Positions 1-13,447 of a stretch of 64,000 nucleotides of DNA are shown here, piece by piece (within the stretch, counting starts at the first letter, position 1; each line of letters opens with the position of its first letter). Source of the DNA: Octopus sinensis (taxonomy: Eukaryota). Both the position numbers and the translations under genes were made by a program. The notes under the pieces are model-generated. The model was given only the letters and a program-made list of their open reading frames with translations. It made no database searches and had not been told where the DNA came from. Where the stretch lies: the NCBI RefSeq assembly GCF_006345805.1, contig NC_043015.1, positions 9,982,001 through 10,046,000 on the forward strand. The letters are read 5' to 3'.

Positions 1-375
1 AGCAGAGACCGAAGGAATTTTAATTGCAGCAGAGGGCCAAAACCTCTCCACTAGAAATTACCAAATGAACGTAATGAAAATAAATGCAGTTAACTGCAGA
101 ATTTGTATAGATGGGCCAAAAATGCAATAAATAATATTGTCTCTGGCTACCCAGTCCTGGCTAAGAAGGAATATATTCACAGACACGACAGAGTTGTGAT
201 CTATGTATACTGGAAGCTGTGCCAACACTATGGAATTACAGCAGAAAAAAATGGTACAGGCTACGCCAGAAAAAGTCACGGAAAAGGAGAAAACAACCAT
301 ACCCTGGGATATACCAATACACACTGATAGACCGGATATTATTGTCAGATATCACCAAGAAAAACTGCTTTCTTA
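1..375 (+). mobile_element. R4/Dong-like RLE non-LTR retrotransposon, decayed C-terminal fragment (zinc knuckle/RLE region)
   Basis: Translates with frameshifts to AETEGILIAA..TRNYQ..CRIC..IVSGYPVLAKKEYIHRHDRV..WDIPIHTDRPDIIV, collinear with the 40121-41422 ORF (SETEGFIIAAQ..CRVC..EYLNRHDR..RPDIIL). Confidence 0.85.
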
Positions 376-2750
376 TCTAATCTAATAATATATGAAATAA
401 AGATGTGTATGTATTCATTTTTCACGCGAAAACGGCAATTGGTGGAGCCGTTTTCGCGTGAAAAATGAATACTTCTGATGCAGGAATAATTCCACATCGG
501 AGAAATAAAGACTCTTCATTTGATTTTTTTTAAAATAAGAATATTGCTTTATATTTATGATTCACTTCCTTGAAAAGGGTTTCTCAGTGTCAACTTCTGG
601 TATTGACGTATAAACGGCGAAGTCTTTCACTGTCTAATTTTAATGTTTTCATTTCAAGTTTTAATCCGCTATTGTAAAAAACTACGATAAATTATTGAAA
701 TATTTACTAAGTTCACAAATTTTAATATTCAGTACAAGATAGTTTTAACGTGTTTTTATTTATATTTTCTTTTCATTCCATCTCATTCATTGTTTGCAAT
801 GTTCTCTCTCTCCCTCCTATCTCTGTCTCACGCTCTCTTGCTCTATCTCACACACTTACACACGCACATACACTTCAGGTTTGATTTCTTTATTACACAA
901 ATGTCAAGTTAAAACTTTGCAATTCAACATGGGGCGTCCAAAATATATGGGCATTATTTTGCTTGAACTCGCACATTTCGTTAATTTCCATAAATTTTTT
1001 AATTTATTTTCTTTTTCACGCTGTGTTCAGCTCTATGTATTTGTAGACAGTCATACACCCACACGTATGTTTTTGTATGAATGTTTCTATACATTTATGT
1101 ATGTGTATGTGTGTATTAATGAGTGAAGAGGTGTGTCGTTATGTATTCCTATATACATATGCATACATCATTTTTGCTGTATATGTATCTTTGTGGGAGA
1201 GAGATAGAGAGAGAGTGATGCCTAAGTGGCACTCTCTTGCACTCTCTCTCTCTCTCTCTGCCGCTCACTCTCTCACATACACATGCTCATATACATACGA
1301 GAAAGATCTATGTCTATCTATGTATATACATATACATGACAACACACCCTTCACTCGCACGTCTCTCTCACAGACATACACACACACACGTCCACTTCAT
1401 CTGATGTCTGATTCTGTATATATATGTATCTGTGTATGTGTGCGTGTGTGTGCGTGCAGCGTTATCCAATCGCCAGAAAAAAAGCAGAAGAATTTTCTTT
1501 CTTAATACTCCTCGTGGTACAGGCAAACCATTTGTAACATAGCTTCTCTCTAAAGTAAGGCAACATAAAGGACTTGTGGTTGCTGTATCATTGTCTTGCT
1601 TTCCTGCCACCGTTCTTCTAGGAGGACGAACAACTCATTCTGCTTTTAAATTACCACTAAACCTGGTCACAAAAAACAATCAAATTTGTAACATAAGCAA
1701 AAATTCAGGTTCAGCACAATTGTTGTACCAATGCTACCTTATCATTTGGGATAAATGCACCATGTCATATAGAGGTGCAATCGTACATCTTGGTAAGACC
1801 TTACAGGACAACAGATGCTACAATAGGTCTATAGAAGAAGTTACATTAGTTTTATCAGGAGATTTCTGTCTTTACCAGCCAGTCTGAGACGAACAAGATA
1901 TTTATGAAATAAAGCATGCATTAAGTCTTCACACCTATGGAATAAAGTACTGAAATTCTCTTTCAATACTAACGTGAGAGCTTCATTACATCGGAACCCA
2001 TGGGCAAAACAGTTTTCAACCTCGCTCCTCCAATTAAATAATGGGAAAAGTACCATTTGATGGGAATGGTTATATCAGTTTGGCTCATATTGCTATCATG
2101 ATGAATTTCCCAGCTGAATTGAAGGAAAAGGTATTGTCAGACTCAAGTGATAATTATAACACATTAGAGAGTAGCAAGGATTAACCATGAATTAATGAAT
2201 AAGATTCCAACAGTCATTAAGAAGTACAAGCTATCCATTACCCAACAGTGTTCCTTAATTCTCTTGAGCCATAGGGAATTCCTCCACATAAATTGTTTTT
2301 GAAGATAGGAGTCCCAATAATGCTTCTAAGGAATTTAGATCTTCCTAAATTATGCAATGAGACAAGATTGATTGTGAATACATTATCACCTAATGCGAAA
2401 GATGCTACCATCATCAGTGGATGTGCCTCTGGGGAAGAGGTTTTGATTCCAAGAATTCCAATCAAACCAACTCACATACCATTTGAGTTCAAATGAACAC
2501 AGTGCGACTTTGCTTTGCAATGTCTAGTGATGAAGCTCAAGTTCAGTTTTTGAAATATACTGGCTTGCTTTTCTCATGGTCAAATTCATGTTGGTTGCTC
2601 CAGAGTAGGTAGTTTGCAATATTTATTTGTCTATGCTCCAAACTAGAAAACAAAGAATGCTGTTTACCCAGAAGCTCTTACATAATTTCCTACAACATAT
2701 GTGGTAGAATTTATCTCCGTTTATAAAAGTGGTAAATTTTGTATTTTGTT
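376..2750 (+). mobile_element. Helitron remnant with degenerate PIF1-like helicase (about 1490-2680)
   Basis: 5' end TCTAA..TATATGAAATAAAG..TTCACGCGAAAACGGC resembles Helitron 5' termini. Walker A remnant FLNTPRGTGKPF, plus LLGGRTTHSAFKLPL, IIWDKCTM, LSGDF, LKIGVPIMLLRNLD.PKLCNETRL and IPRIP; many stops and frameshifts. 3' end not identified. Confidence 0.8.
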
Positions 2751-2759
2751 TTGTTTTCT

Positions 2760-3050
2760 TATTAAGGGGATGTCAGAAACATCTACATAAGATTCCAGGA
2801 GAACCATATTCTCAGAGAAATTCAAAAGATTGTACCGACAATTGCTGCCCATATCCTAGGAAAAATCCTATCCATTTAAATGTCTGTGTCGTATTACATG
2901 AAGATATTTCACTACCTTCTCTCCCCAAGCTTTCAGTTATATTGTAACGCCTCTCATCCTTCACTCGCCTCAAGACACTAGGTGTGTCTCGGCAAGTGAC
3001 TGTAACAAACATGCAGATTAAAAGTAAAAATTAGAAAAATAATGATAAGT
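2760..3050 (+). mobile_element. R4/Dong-like element extreme 3' end (ORF end, 3'UTR, TAA-like tail)
   Basis: KHLHKIPGEP..REIQKIVPTIAAHILGKILSI* matches the ORF end LTQIPGNPKMAEVQKIVLMGTAHILRKILSM* at 41.4 kb; hairpin at 2973-2989; tail AATAATGATAA. Confidence 0.8.
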
Positions 3051-3259
3051 TCTCTATGGGCTCGTCCGATAGCCAGATACTCTACAAGTCATTAATGCAT
3101 GGAAACTGGACGAGTGCGGGCAGAACGGTTTCATCAGGCAGGTCTGCTTCACAACACTTGCATACCAGTAGATTTTATTTGAACCGGCAATGTCCCCCGG
3201 TAGCCATGACAAGGGAAGTTAACCACCGTGAGTTTCTAAAAAACAATAATAAATAATAA

Positions 3260-3575
3260 CATGCTATCGCTTTTGCAGCCACCTTATTCGCCAGATTTAG
3301 CACCAGTAGGCTAAACTTTCTATCCGAAGATGAAAAACCAGCTCAAAGGTCGCCGTTTTAACACTGTTGTCAAGATCCAGAACGAATCGCAGACGGTCCT
3401 CGACGTGCTTACAGAGAACTATATGCAGGCCGGATTTCAAGAATGACAGGAGCGTTGAAATCGTTGTATTGCTACGTAGGGTGACTATTTCGAAGGAAAT
3501 AATGTTAAAACTTAGGTAAATAAGTTTTTGTTTAAAACTCAAGTAGTCATGGAACTTGTCAATATCAGCTAGTAT
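3260..3575 (+). mobile_element. mariner transposase 3' remnant with probable right TIR
   Basis: LQPPYSPDLAP..YPKMKNQLKGRRFNTV..AGFQE*QER*NRCIAT*GDYFEGNN. Confidence 0.8.
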
Positions 3576-3576
3576 G

Positions 3577-3630
<54 letters not shown>

Positions 3631-3689
3631 TGTGTGTGTGTGTGTGTGTGTCTGTATGTACATACAGATATTTGACCTACTTCATTGAA

Positions 3690-4900
3690 CACTTTATTGA
3701 ACTTCTTAGCAATTGATATGAAAACCCGGAAGATACTAACCATCAGATAAAATTCCCATACCAAAACTAATGTAGACCTCATCTACCTAACACGAAAACA
3801 AGGAGGCAGAGGGCTATCAGTTCAGACTGCCTTTGCATGGTGTATCTCATACTCTCACCAACATTTCTTAACCACGAATTGTCGAGTTGCATCCATAGAC
3901 GAAGGTTGCATATATGAAGGTGATAACATCATGAGACTTCAAAAGCAGTTTCTTGTACAGCATTCTTTGTCTGATAAATTTTAATACATGCCCAAAGAAG
4001 TCGCACGATTCTACCGCAACGTATCATCAGATGAAAAAAATGAGCATATATGAGCAGAAGACCACGTATGAAATATTTTAGTAGAAAGCACCGCGATGAT
4101 AATAACACTGATTAACGAAGCAGTCTATAATGGACCAAACAACCGGATAACTAACTCCCACTTTGAATGATAATGGCTTGCAATCCACGTACAAGAAATA
4201 TCAACCAAATACCTGATGCACAAAAGAGACAGATATGTAGGAAAGGCAGCAACATATAGCAACCGATGCAGATTTTGTGGAATAACTCCGAAGATATCCT
4301 CCACATCATAAGCAGTTGTCCGAAAATGTCATTACTGTATTATCTATCAATGAGATATAATGTTGCTAAAACACCATGAGATCCGTGGGAAGGACAACCT
4401 CGACGCCAAAGAAATAAGAACCTACAGTATGGTAGAAGCCGTAGTAACTCATAATGAAAAGGAATAAGGATGAAATGTCCCAGTGAAAATCTGAATAAAA
4501 TGTAAACATAATAGACCTGACATAGTAATTTGAGATGGAGAAGAGAAATTGTGTACAGTTGTGGAAAATCAGCTGCCCAGCGGATTTTACGGTTAAGCTT
4601 AAGATCAGCGGAAACTAAAATACCTACTCTGAACTATTGAGAAATCTACAACTACTTTACCCAGATTATATGTTCAGGTTTATACCTATAATTATTGGGG
4701 TATGTAACACACTGGCAAAATACCAATGCCGAGAAATGAGCCTTCTGAAATCAAAAAGGAGTGAGTTTATTCACAAACTATAGATCCAAACTGTCCCTGG
4801 AGCTGTACAATTCTGTAAAACGTTCCAGAAGTTTATCATTTACATATATAGGATCCTATCCAGACACGCAACTATATTCATGAGACCACATACAGAAAAC
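3690..4900 (+). mobile_element. Heavily decayed R4/Dong-like RLE retrotransposon (post-RT to RLE region)
   Basis: IDMKTRKILT..NVDLIYLTRKQGGRGL; CRFCG..DILHIISSCPKMS; CKHNRPDIVI..LCTVVE; many stops. Confidence 0.75.
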
Positions 4901-4974
4901 AAAACGTACAATTCTGCACATATACATACATACATACATACATATATACATACATACATACATACATACATTAT

Positions 4975-5425
4975 TATGGCTGCCCCCTCGTTATCGAGTA
5001 TGGCCATTGCACGAAGCTTAACTGTTACTGGTGCTGTGATCGAATGTGGCTTTTTAGCCCAGCTAAAGATCTACAATGTCTTGTACAGAATTGGCAACTA
5101 ATACCTTTACCGGTAATAGCTGGTTGCTGTTGTAACTCGGCTTCATGTACCTTTGCATGTCGTTTAAGTCCTGCCGAATTACACTCTCTTCCACATGCCC
5201 GACAGATATGATTAGTATGGTGTGTTACACCACCACCAGTGGCCAGGTTATCACTCATCTATCCCGCTTTATGACTACGAAGATGACTCTTGAGTCCAGC
5301 TTTACAGAGGCTGGGTCTTGCACATACATTGCATGTCAGCATCAAAGGAAGACCCTTCCCATCTGGAAGTGTAACAGCGATGCCCTTCCTGACATCCCTC
5401 CTTACTTTCTCATATGCAACTCGAG
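4975..5425 (-). mobile_element. RTE-clade-like LINE 3' remnant ending in three C2H2-like zinc fingers
   Basis: CNVCARPSLCKAGLKSHLRSH, CRACGRECNSAGLKRHAKVH and CQFCTRHCRSLAGLKSHIRSQH*, followed by a short 3'UTR (GGCCATACTCGATAACGAGGGGGCAGCCATAAT). Confidence 0.65.
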
Positions 5426-6090
5426 ATTTCTTACATACATGCATACATACATATATACATACATACATACAAACAAAATACCCTTTTGATATTGTGGATA
5501 TTCCAATGAAGGAAACTTGTATCTCGGTTAGAAAACAGCTCTCCCTTTCTGTATAGGCATGAAATCTCGAAATAAAACTGCATAATGACATACATACATG
5601 CATGCATACGTTCGACGTGCATTGCAAATCTTTTGAAACTTTTCGAATTCAGAGAAATACCGAACTCTAACCACCTTCAATGAGGGATGTTCTTACTTCA
5701 ACGTACGTTATCACAATGTGCCTATATCACAGAATCTTTCATCTTGTGTATGACAAAAACTGAGGATCCCCTTCAGCTTGGTGAACGCCCAATTGATACA
5801 GAAAGCAAGTGCTTGCCAAGAGGGAGTGTGGGAAAGTGTTTAGTGCCACTTTTTGTGAAGCAGATGATAACCCGGATGTTCGTCGCTGAAACAATACTGT
5901 ATTTAAAATAGACACCCTGATCGTTGCGGCAAACTAAGCCAAAGAAATACTACTGTGAGAGACACAAGTCTTCTGCAAAATTATTGTTTTAGATATATAA
6001 CAAAACACATGTTATTCCAAATATGCTTGGCAACATAAATCCAACTATACATGCACATATACCTAAGTATAGTAGTATACACAGATCTAT

Positions 6091-6497
6091 ACTCTTTACT
6101 CTTTTACTTGTTTCAGTCATTTGACTGCGGCCATGCTGGAGCACCGCATTTAGTCGACCAAATCGACCCCGGGACTTATTCTTTTGTAAGCACAGTACTT
6201 ATTCTATCGGTCTCTTTTGCCGAACCGCTAATTAACGGGGACGTAAACACACCAGCATCGGTTGTCAAGCAATGCTAGGGAGACAAATACACACACACAA
6301 ACACACACACACACACAGATATACATATATATACATATATACGACGGGCTTCTTTCAGTTTCCTTCTACCAAATCCACTCACAAGGCATTGGTCGGCCCG
6401 GGGCTATAGCAGAAGACACTTGCCCAAGATGCCACGCAGTGGGACTGAACCCGGAACCATGTGGTTGGTTAGCAAGCTACTTACCACTCCTGCGCCC
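6091..6497 (-). mobile_element. tRNA-derived SINE, family A (octopus-type)
   Basis: Head GGCGCAGGAGTGG..GGTTCAGTCCCACTGCGTGGCA (pol III A/B-box-like), internal TA/CA repeat, tail GTAAAAGAG; about 10 copies in the window. Confidence 0.85.
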
Positions 6498-6954
6498 ATG
6501 TGAACATAATTATTAGTAGGTGCATTTCTCTTCATATATCAATATAGATATATGCATGCATACATGAAATGAACAGTACTAAAACACTTTTTGAGGTGGC
6601 AGTAGTGTTAAAGAGTAGCGTAAGCTAATACCAGTTAAAAAGCAAACAGTTTTAAGATTTCAAAATCCTTCTCTTAGCTCTCTCAAAATAATCAGGATTA
6701 ATACTGCCTAGTATATTGCCACTAAATTTCATGACATGGAGATTACTGTTAATTGCTGCAATTTGTTGGTCTGTTCCTCTCCTTTTCTTACGAAGCACAC
6801 ACGCGCATGCGTATACACACATGCATATATACATTTGTGTGTCTATTACAAGTCTTTATAATCCTATAAGTATATACGGAAATGGAAGTATACACCCATA
6901 GACGAAACCATGCGCAGAAAGATTTATATAAAATGTATACGCACGCACATATAG

Positions 6955-7020
<66 letters not shown>

Positions 7021-8760
7021 CTGTGCGTGTGTTATGTGTGCATACAAACACACCCACACACATATATATATTCATATTTATATATATAAATACATGCATA
7101 CGTACGTACGTACGTATATACATACATACATACATTCATACATACATACATACATACATACATACACACACATACTTTTAATACCGATCTTGCTTTGATA
7201 TTTTTCTTTCGTCAAACATTTTGTAAGATAAAGAAACATCGGTTTTATTTCCTTAGAGACTTAAAAGTCACGTCCGGATATATTTTATTCATGCAACACA
7301 AATCCGTGACTGTTTTTCTTTCAGTGATTTCTAATTACGTTTATTAATAGTCTTCTACGGGGAGCTGCGTGTTATTTATCGCTAAATATTATGGTCACTG
7401 TGTTATTCTGCTTAAATTCATTGAAGTCGTTACTTCTGTGAACTGATTACCCATTTATCTAGGACAAAGAATTTGAACTCTTCTTAGCTCTATAGAAGTA
7501 AGTTATTCTCATTTTAAGCCGTACTTTATTTATTATCCACATATCAAAGGTAATTTTTTTTTAGCAGACCGTTGTTGAAAATAATCGGAGAAGTCAGTAA
7601 AAATAGACGTATAAATCTTTATCGCATACAATGCATCGAATATCAGTGTTAATGAGATATGGCTATGCCCCTGGGTTAGGCGAAAGTCTCCTAGAACCAA
7701 TAAACATTGGGCTACCTGAGGTTATTCCATAAAAAATATAGGAATGTAGGGTACGATGATTGAAATAGTATACTCACAATGGATAGTCGGATAATTTCCA
7801 GGGACGGAATATAGATTGCGGTAAAACACCTGGTTAGTAATACTTAACAAAAATGACATCTCGTTTATTTAATATTACAGGTACCATGATTATTTTAAAA
7901 TTTATATAATGGAAGCATGGTTAACAAATGAATCAAGCTGAGGATAAATACGTTATACTACAGTAATATAAAAATTACATGAAAATACTATTTTTTTTCG
8001 ACGTTAAACCGCTCATACGCCATAGAGATTGTGGACCATGAAATGGAAAAACTATACACTTCTATATAATCAGATCATATCTAATTTTCTGTCAAATTAT
8101 CAGAGATTTCGTCTGATATGTTTAATATTCCGTAAAATCAGGCGGTCGTTTAAACATGCATTTCTTCGAAAATATAATGCAAAAAGATTAATAATTTGGG
8201 TGTGATTATCGTGCCCCTTCGAAATATCACTGACAATAGATTTTTAAAAATGATTGCCAACTAACTGTGTAACTTATTCCGACCTCATTGATAGCTGCCA
8301 TGAATTATTAGACGAATTTAAAGAGTTAAATATACTGAAATGAATTTAATAGAAGATGCTCAATAAGTACTGAACTCGCTTACTTTATTTTCTCCAATAG
8401 TTCCTGATTTTCTCAAAATACAAATTTTTCCATGATTCCCAAATGACGATAAAAAAAAGCTAGAATTCATTTAACTATGACAACGGCATGAATATTCAAC
8501 GTATGAAGAGCTATTACTTTCCTACTTAATAGCAAATTTTCTTCCAGTGTTTCAGTAACATGATATTATTCAATATCCTAATATGACACAGGGTGATATA
8601 TAATGTACACGATGGTCCTTAATTAGATGTAAATGACGAATTTACCGACAAGCTGATCATGTTTATGATATATATATGTCAATTTCTTCTTTAGAATTCA
8701 CTTAATATATATCTAGATATTTCATCTATGAATACATGTGTGCTTACAAACGATACGTAT

Positions 8761-9229
<469 letters not shown>

Positions 9230-9610
9230 CGAAATAATCAGACGTGAAACGTATGTTGCAAATTAAGTGAAGTTAATACTGTATGGAGGAAGGAAAAAGA
9301 AACAAAACAGAAACAAACAGCAAAATATACAGTGATTCTCGAATATCTAAAAGTCTTATACACACGTTTTGTGTTATTATATGAATAGAACGTAGAGACA
9401 AATATTGAGAAGAAATACCTATGTGTCAATTGGCCACTGATATTTGAATAGTTAAACCATAGCGCTGCAAAGGGAAGTGCTTCGGAAATGCACGTATATG
9501 TGTAACGAAAAATATAAGCACCTATGTGTGCGCATGTATATATATATACATATGTGTATATATGTTTGTGTGTGTGTATGTGTGCGTGTCTGTGTAAACA
9601 TATTCATATA

Positions 9611-9644
<34 letters not shown>

Positions 9645-9646
<2 letters not shown>

Positions 9647-10939
9647 AGGGGCGTTCAATAAGTAATGCCCCTGACCCACTTCCCATAGAAGTAGAGCAAC
9701 GAAACTTGGCACAGTTATTAGTCTTTTTCTACATAGGAACCGCCCAGAGTTACGCATTTCTCCCATTGTTTGATGCAGCTCTGGAGACCGTTTTTGTAGA
9801 AGACACCCAGCTTGGTCCTCCAACCACGAAGTGACTTCAGAAATCAAGGCTGCATCATCTAGGAAACGCTTTCCTTTCAAAAACAACTTCATGGCTGGGA
9901 AGAGGTGAAAATCAGAGGGTGCAGGGTCTGGAGAGTAGGGGAGATGGGGAGGAGTTCATAGCCGCACGCCTGTGCTTCTGATCTGGCGGAACGCGAGTTG
10001 TGGACCGGAGCGTTGGCCTGCAGGAGGAGGATGCCTTTGCTGATCTTGCTCCGCCTCTTGATTTTGATAGCTTCTCTTAATTTTCTCAAAAGTGAAACAT
10101 AATAGGCTCCTGTAATTGTGGTACCATTTGCCAGGAAATCTGTCATCACTACTCCGTCCTGATCTCAGAAGACTGTGAGCATGACCTTGCCAGTGGAGGG
10201 TTGCACCCTTGCCTTCTTTGGAGGAGGTGAGTCACGGTGCTTCCATTGCATTGACTGGGATTTGGTCTCTGGATCATAGTGAGGGACCCAGGTTTCATCC
10301 TGTGTAATCAGTCTTTTGAAACATTTTGACTCATCTTCTTGGCACATCTCCAAATTCATCCTCGAGCACTAGACGCGTTCTTGCTTCTGAAAAGGTGTGA
10401 GCAACCTGGGTATCCATCTGGCAGACACCTTTTGCATATGCAAATGGTCATCGATGATAGTTTCCACAGGTCCGGTATTAATCTTGACCACATGGGCTAT
10501 TTGGCGAATAGTTATGCGTCGATCTTCCAAAATGGCAGCCTCAACTTGACGGACAGATATCTCATCATTAGCAGAAGGGGGGCGACCAGATCTGGGAGCT
10601 GTTTCGACAGAGTTCCGACCATGTTTGAATTCACGATGCCAGCGTTTTACAAGGTCATATGATGGGACATCATCACCGTAAGTTACTTTCATTTCATCAA
10701 AAGTCCCCCTGTGGTGTGCGCCCTTTCAAATACAAAAACCGGATCACTGCTCGACACTGAACAGGCTCCATTTCACACTTGACTCAGTTCAAACACCTGT
10801 AAATCAGAAACCGCAATTAGTTCAGAGCTGTAATTTGTCACTTAATCTATAGAGATATAAATAATTGCACATGCAAATTTTTCAGCTAAATCAAAGAAAT
10901 GCAAGTGTGTCAGGGGTATTACTTATTGAACGTCCCTCG
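9645..10939 (-). mobile_element. Full-length mariner (Tc1/mariner) DNA transposon, about 1295 bp, TA target-site duplication
   Basis: TIRs GGAGGGGCGTTCAATAAGTAATGCCCCTGAC and GTCAGGGGTATTACTTATTGAACGTCCCTCG, each flanked by TA. Confidence 0.93.
9718..10771 (-). pseudogene. mariner DD34D-type transposase, frameshifted
   Basis: MEPVQCRAVIRFLYLKG; SGRP; WIPRLL; ITQDETWV; LLQANAPVH (second catalytic D reads as A); YSPDLAPSDFHLF; split over four ORFs. Confidence 0.9.
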
Positions 10940-10959
10940 TATATACATATATACATAAA

Positions 10960-11165
10960 TGTTACCGAGTGTGTAGCGTTGGCGATTTTTTTCTCCGTCT
11001 TCCCTTCTCTGGATCTTTCCATTTCCTATGTTTCTGACGAAGAGCTCCGCTCGAAACGTTAGATCCTCCTTCTTACCTTTCTTCCTGAGCGTCCAATAAT
11101 ACTATATTTGTTCCACGTCCTCGCGTTGTTGTGTTATCTCTTTGTGTTCTCATGTTTGGATTAAT
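10960..11165 (+). mobile_element. Penelope-like pLTR-type remnant with a minimal hammerhead ribozyme motif (11030-11065)
   Basis: CTGACGA-A-GAGC-TCC-GCTC-GAAA-CG-TTA with palindromic AACGTT stem III; stem I is weak in this copy. Confidence 0.6.
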
Positions 11166-11189
11166 TATATATATATATAATGAGAGAAG

Positions 11190-11221
<32 letters not shown>

Positions 11222-12178
11222 GGGTGGACATAAACAAGCTTGGGCTTGATGTACAAAATATAGATACATTCATACAAATATATACAGGGTGTCCCCCAAA
11301 AATGTATACACATAGTGGTTCGGCAAAAGAGAACGATAGAATAAGTACTAGGCTTACAAAGAATAACAAATTTACAATTATTTAAGGTGTGTATACACAA
11401 CAGAAAAAATATTCAAGAGATGAACTCTCCTGTATAAGTATTTCCATTTTTGTATGTTTACAAAATACATGAATTCAGATGGAGTGCAAAAGAACCAAAA
11501 TTCTGAAAACTAAGAGAAGAGGGTTTGGTATTTTAAGTCCAACAACCGTTTGTGGGTGCTCAGACAAAAGTAATAGCTGTATTGTTCATTATATGTAGGC
11601 TGACGGTGCAAAACTACAAGGATGTGCAACCAGTTGAGAATGCATATAACCATTCAGTAATATAGGCCTCCTTCATCACGGTAGAATGATCGGCGAATAC
11701 TTATTAAAAGATACTTATATTTTACACATAATTCTATACTTATGTAAATGTATATGTACATACATATTTTCGTTTGTATTTCAGTGTGAGTGTGTGTGTG
11801 AGTGTGTGCAGAATGATTTATATCTGCTCTGGCGTTGTGTATTTCGATTACTTCTATTAAATTCATATTGAATTTGCATCGAAAATTAGCGTCACATCAT
11901 ACGTATCCACATTACATTCACTATCAATCAAACAAATTTCTCTCAATGTTAATGCTAACCAAGTTTCATTTATGATGTATCGGCCGATCCCATGTTAGTG
12001 AAGGACACACTTGCCCTAGAAACGAAAGTGTGAAATCACTGTCTTACAATGTGTTTGTGTGTGTGTATGTGATTGTGAGTTTGGCCGTGCGGGACTGTAT
12101 CTGTATATCTATCATTTTCCGCCCTCCCTCTCTCTCTCTATACATATATATATGTGTGTATAAATATACATACATATA

Positions 12179-12206
<28 letters not shown>

Positions 12207-12209
<3 letters not shown>

Positions 12210-12620
12210 CTCTTATTATAAAAGGCAGATTTTATCTGCCTCCCTTTGGGAGTTATACAAATCTACAATATAGGATTTCTTCAATTACAATTTACCTAGC
12301 AATTTTAAGAGTACATGCATCGCGTCATGCCAGCTCCAGTTTTTAAATTTAAACTCCAATTAAGCAAAATTTACAGAAAACTCACATTCTGGTGTGTGTG
12401 TCAAATGCTTTTCTTAGTCTGGTTTACAGCACACGCAAACGCACACACACACTGTGTAACGAATAAAATGAAACTAGATGTAATATTTGTTACTGTCCAT
12501 GAACGCTGATAGATACATGAGTAAAATGTATGGGAAGCTAACAATAAGAGTGAGTGAAAATGTTCTTGGAAGAGAGTAAATTTGAAGCTTGAGAACAATC
12601 AGATACATTTGCAACACATC
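12207..12620 (+). mobile_element. Probable non-autonomous Helitron 5' portion
   Basis: Starts TCTCTTATTATAAAAGGCAG after a (TA)n tract, with subterminal hairpin AGGCAGA-TTTTA-TCTGCCT. Confidence 0.4.
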
Positions 12621-12849
12621 TGTTGAAAATATTGTTGTTCACACACATACATATACATTATACATACAGACAGACAGACAGATAGACACACACAACACAC
12701 ACACACACATGATCCAGCATGGCCACAACCTCAAGGCTGAAACATATAAAAGAATAACAGAATATAAATGTGTGCATGTGTGTGAGAGAGAGAGAGAGTG
12801 TGTGTGTGTATATGTATGTATGTATGTATGTATGTATATATATATAATA

Positions 12850-13425
12850 ATGCGGTTTTTTCAACAGCTTGAACTAAAAGTCAGAGGGGAATGGGATAAA
12901 CTACTATATTACTTGCTATAAAAGCGGTAGTAGTTTTATCTTGTCCTTATTCATAGTGCAAGTTTTGAAGAGTGCATTTCGATTTTAACAGCTATTTTTT
13001 TCAAAGCTATGTTGGAAGTAACAAAGGAGCATATTTGGCATATTTTGCTTTATGAGTTCAATAAAGACAACAACGCAACGAAAGTACAAGAAAATTTAAT
13101 GCAGTATATGGGGATTGGACAATAGCGTAAGGCAGTGTCAATGGTGGTTCCAGAAATTCCGAGCCAAAACTACAGCCTAGAAGACGAGCCTCATCCTGAA
13201 AGATCTGTAGAACTCGACAAGGACATCCTGAAAACCCTGGTGGAACAAAATCTCATCGTAACTGTTCAGGAACTACAGAGAAGCTTGGATTTGGTCATTC
13301 AACCATTCATTGAGACCTGTGTGCTATCGGAAAAGTCAGCAAATTGGGTCAATGGGTTCCTCACGAATTTCCGAGTCTAATTGCATGCAGAGAGTGAATG
13401 TATGCTTTTCTTTGCTGTCACATCT
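12850..13425 (+). mobile_element. mariner 5' remnant (HTH region to WVPHE)
   Basis: EVTKEHIWHILLYEFNK..QCQWWFQKFRA..SLEDEPHPERS..KLGQWVPHE. Confidence 0.8.
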
Positions 13426-13447
13426 CACCACTACTGCGCTATGTATA

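Noticed and set aside
1490-2680. Host PIF1 helicase gene
   Set aside because: Intronless, full of stops and frameshifts, three separate remnants in the window, and Helitron-like termini nearby.
7200-8700. 1.5 kb of complex AT-rich sequence, possibly an ancient TE or exons
   Set aside because: No recognisable motif or convincing ORF found on either strand.
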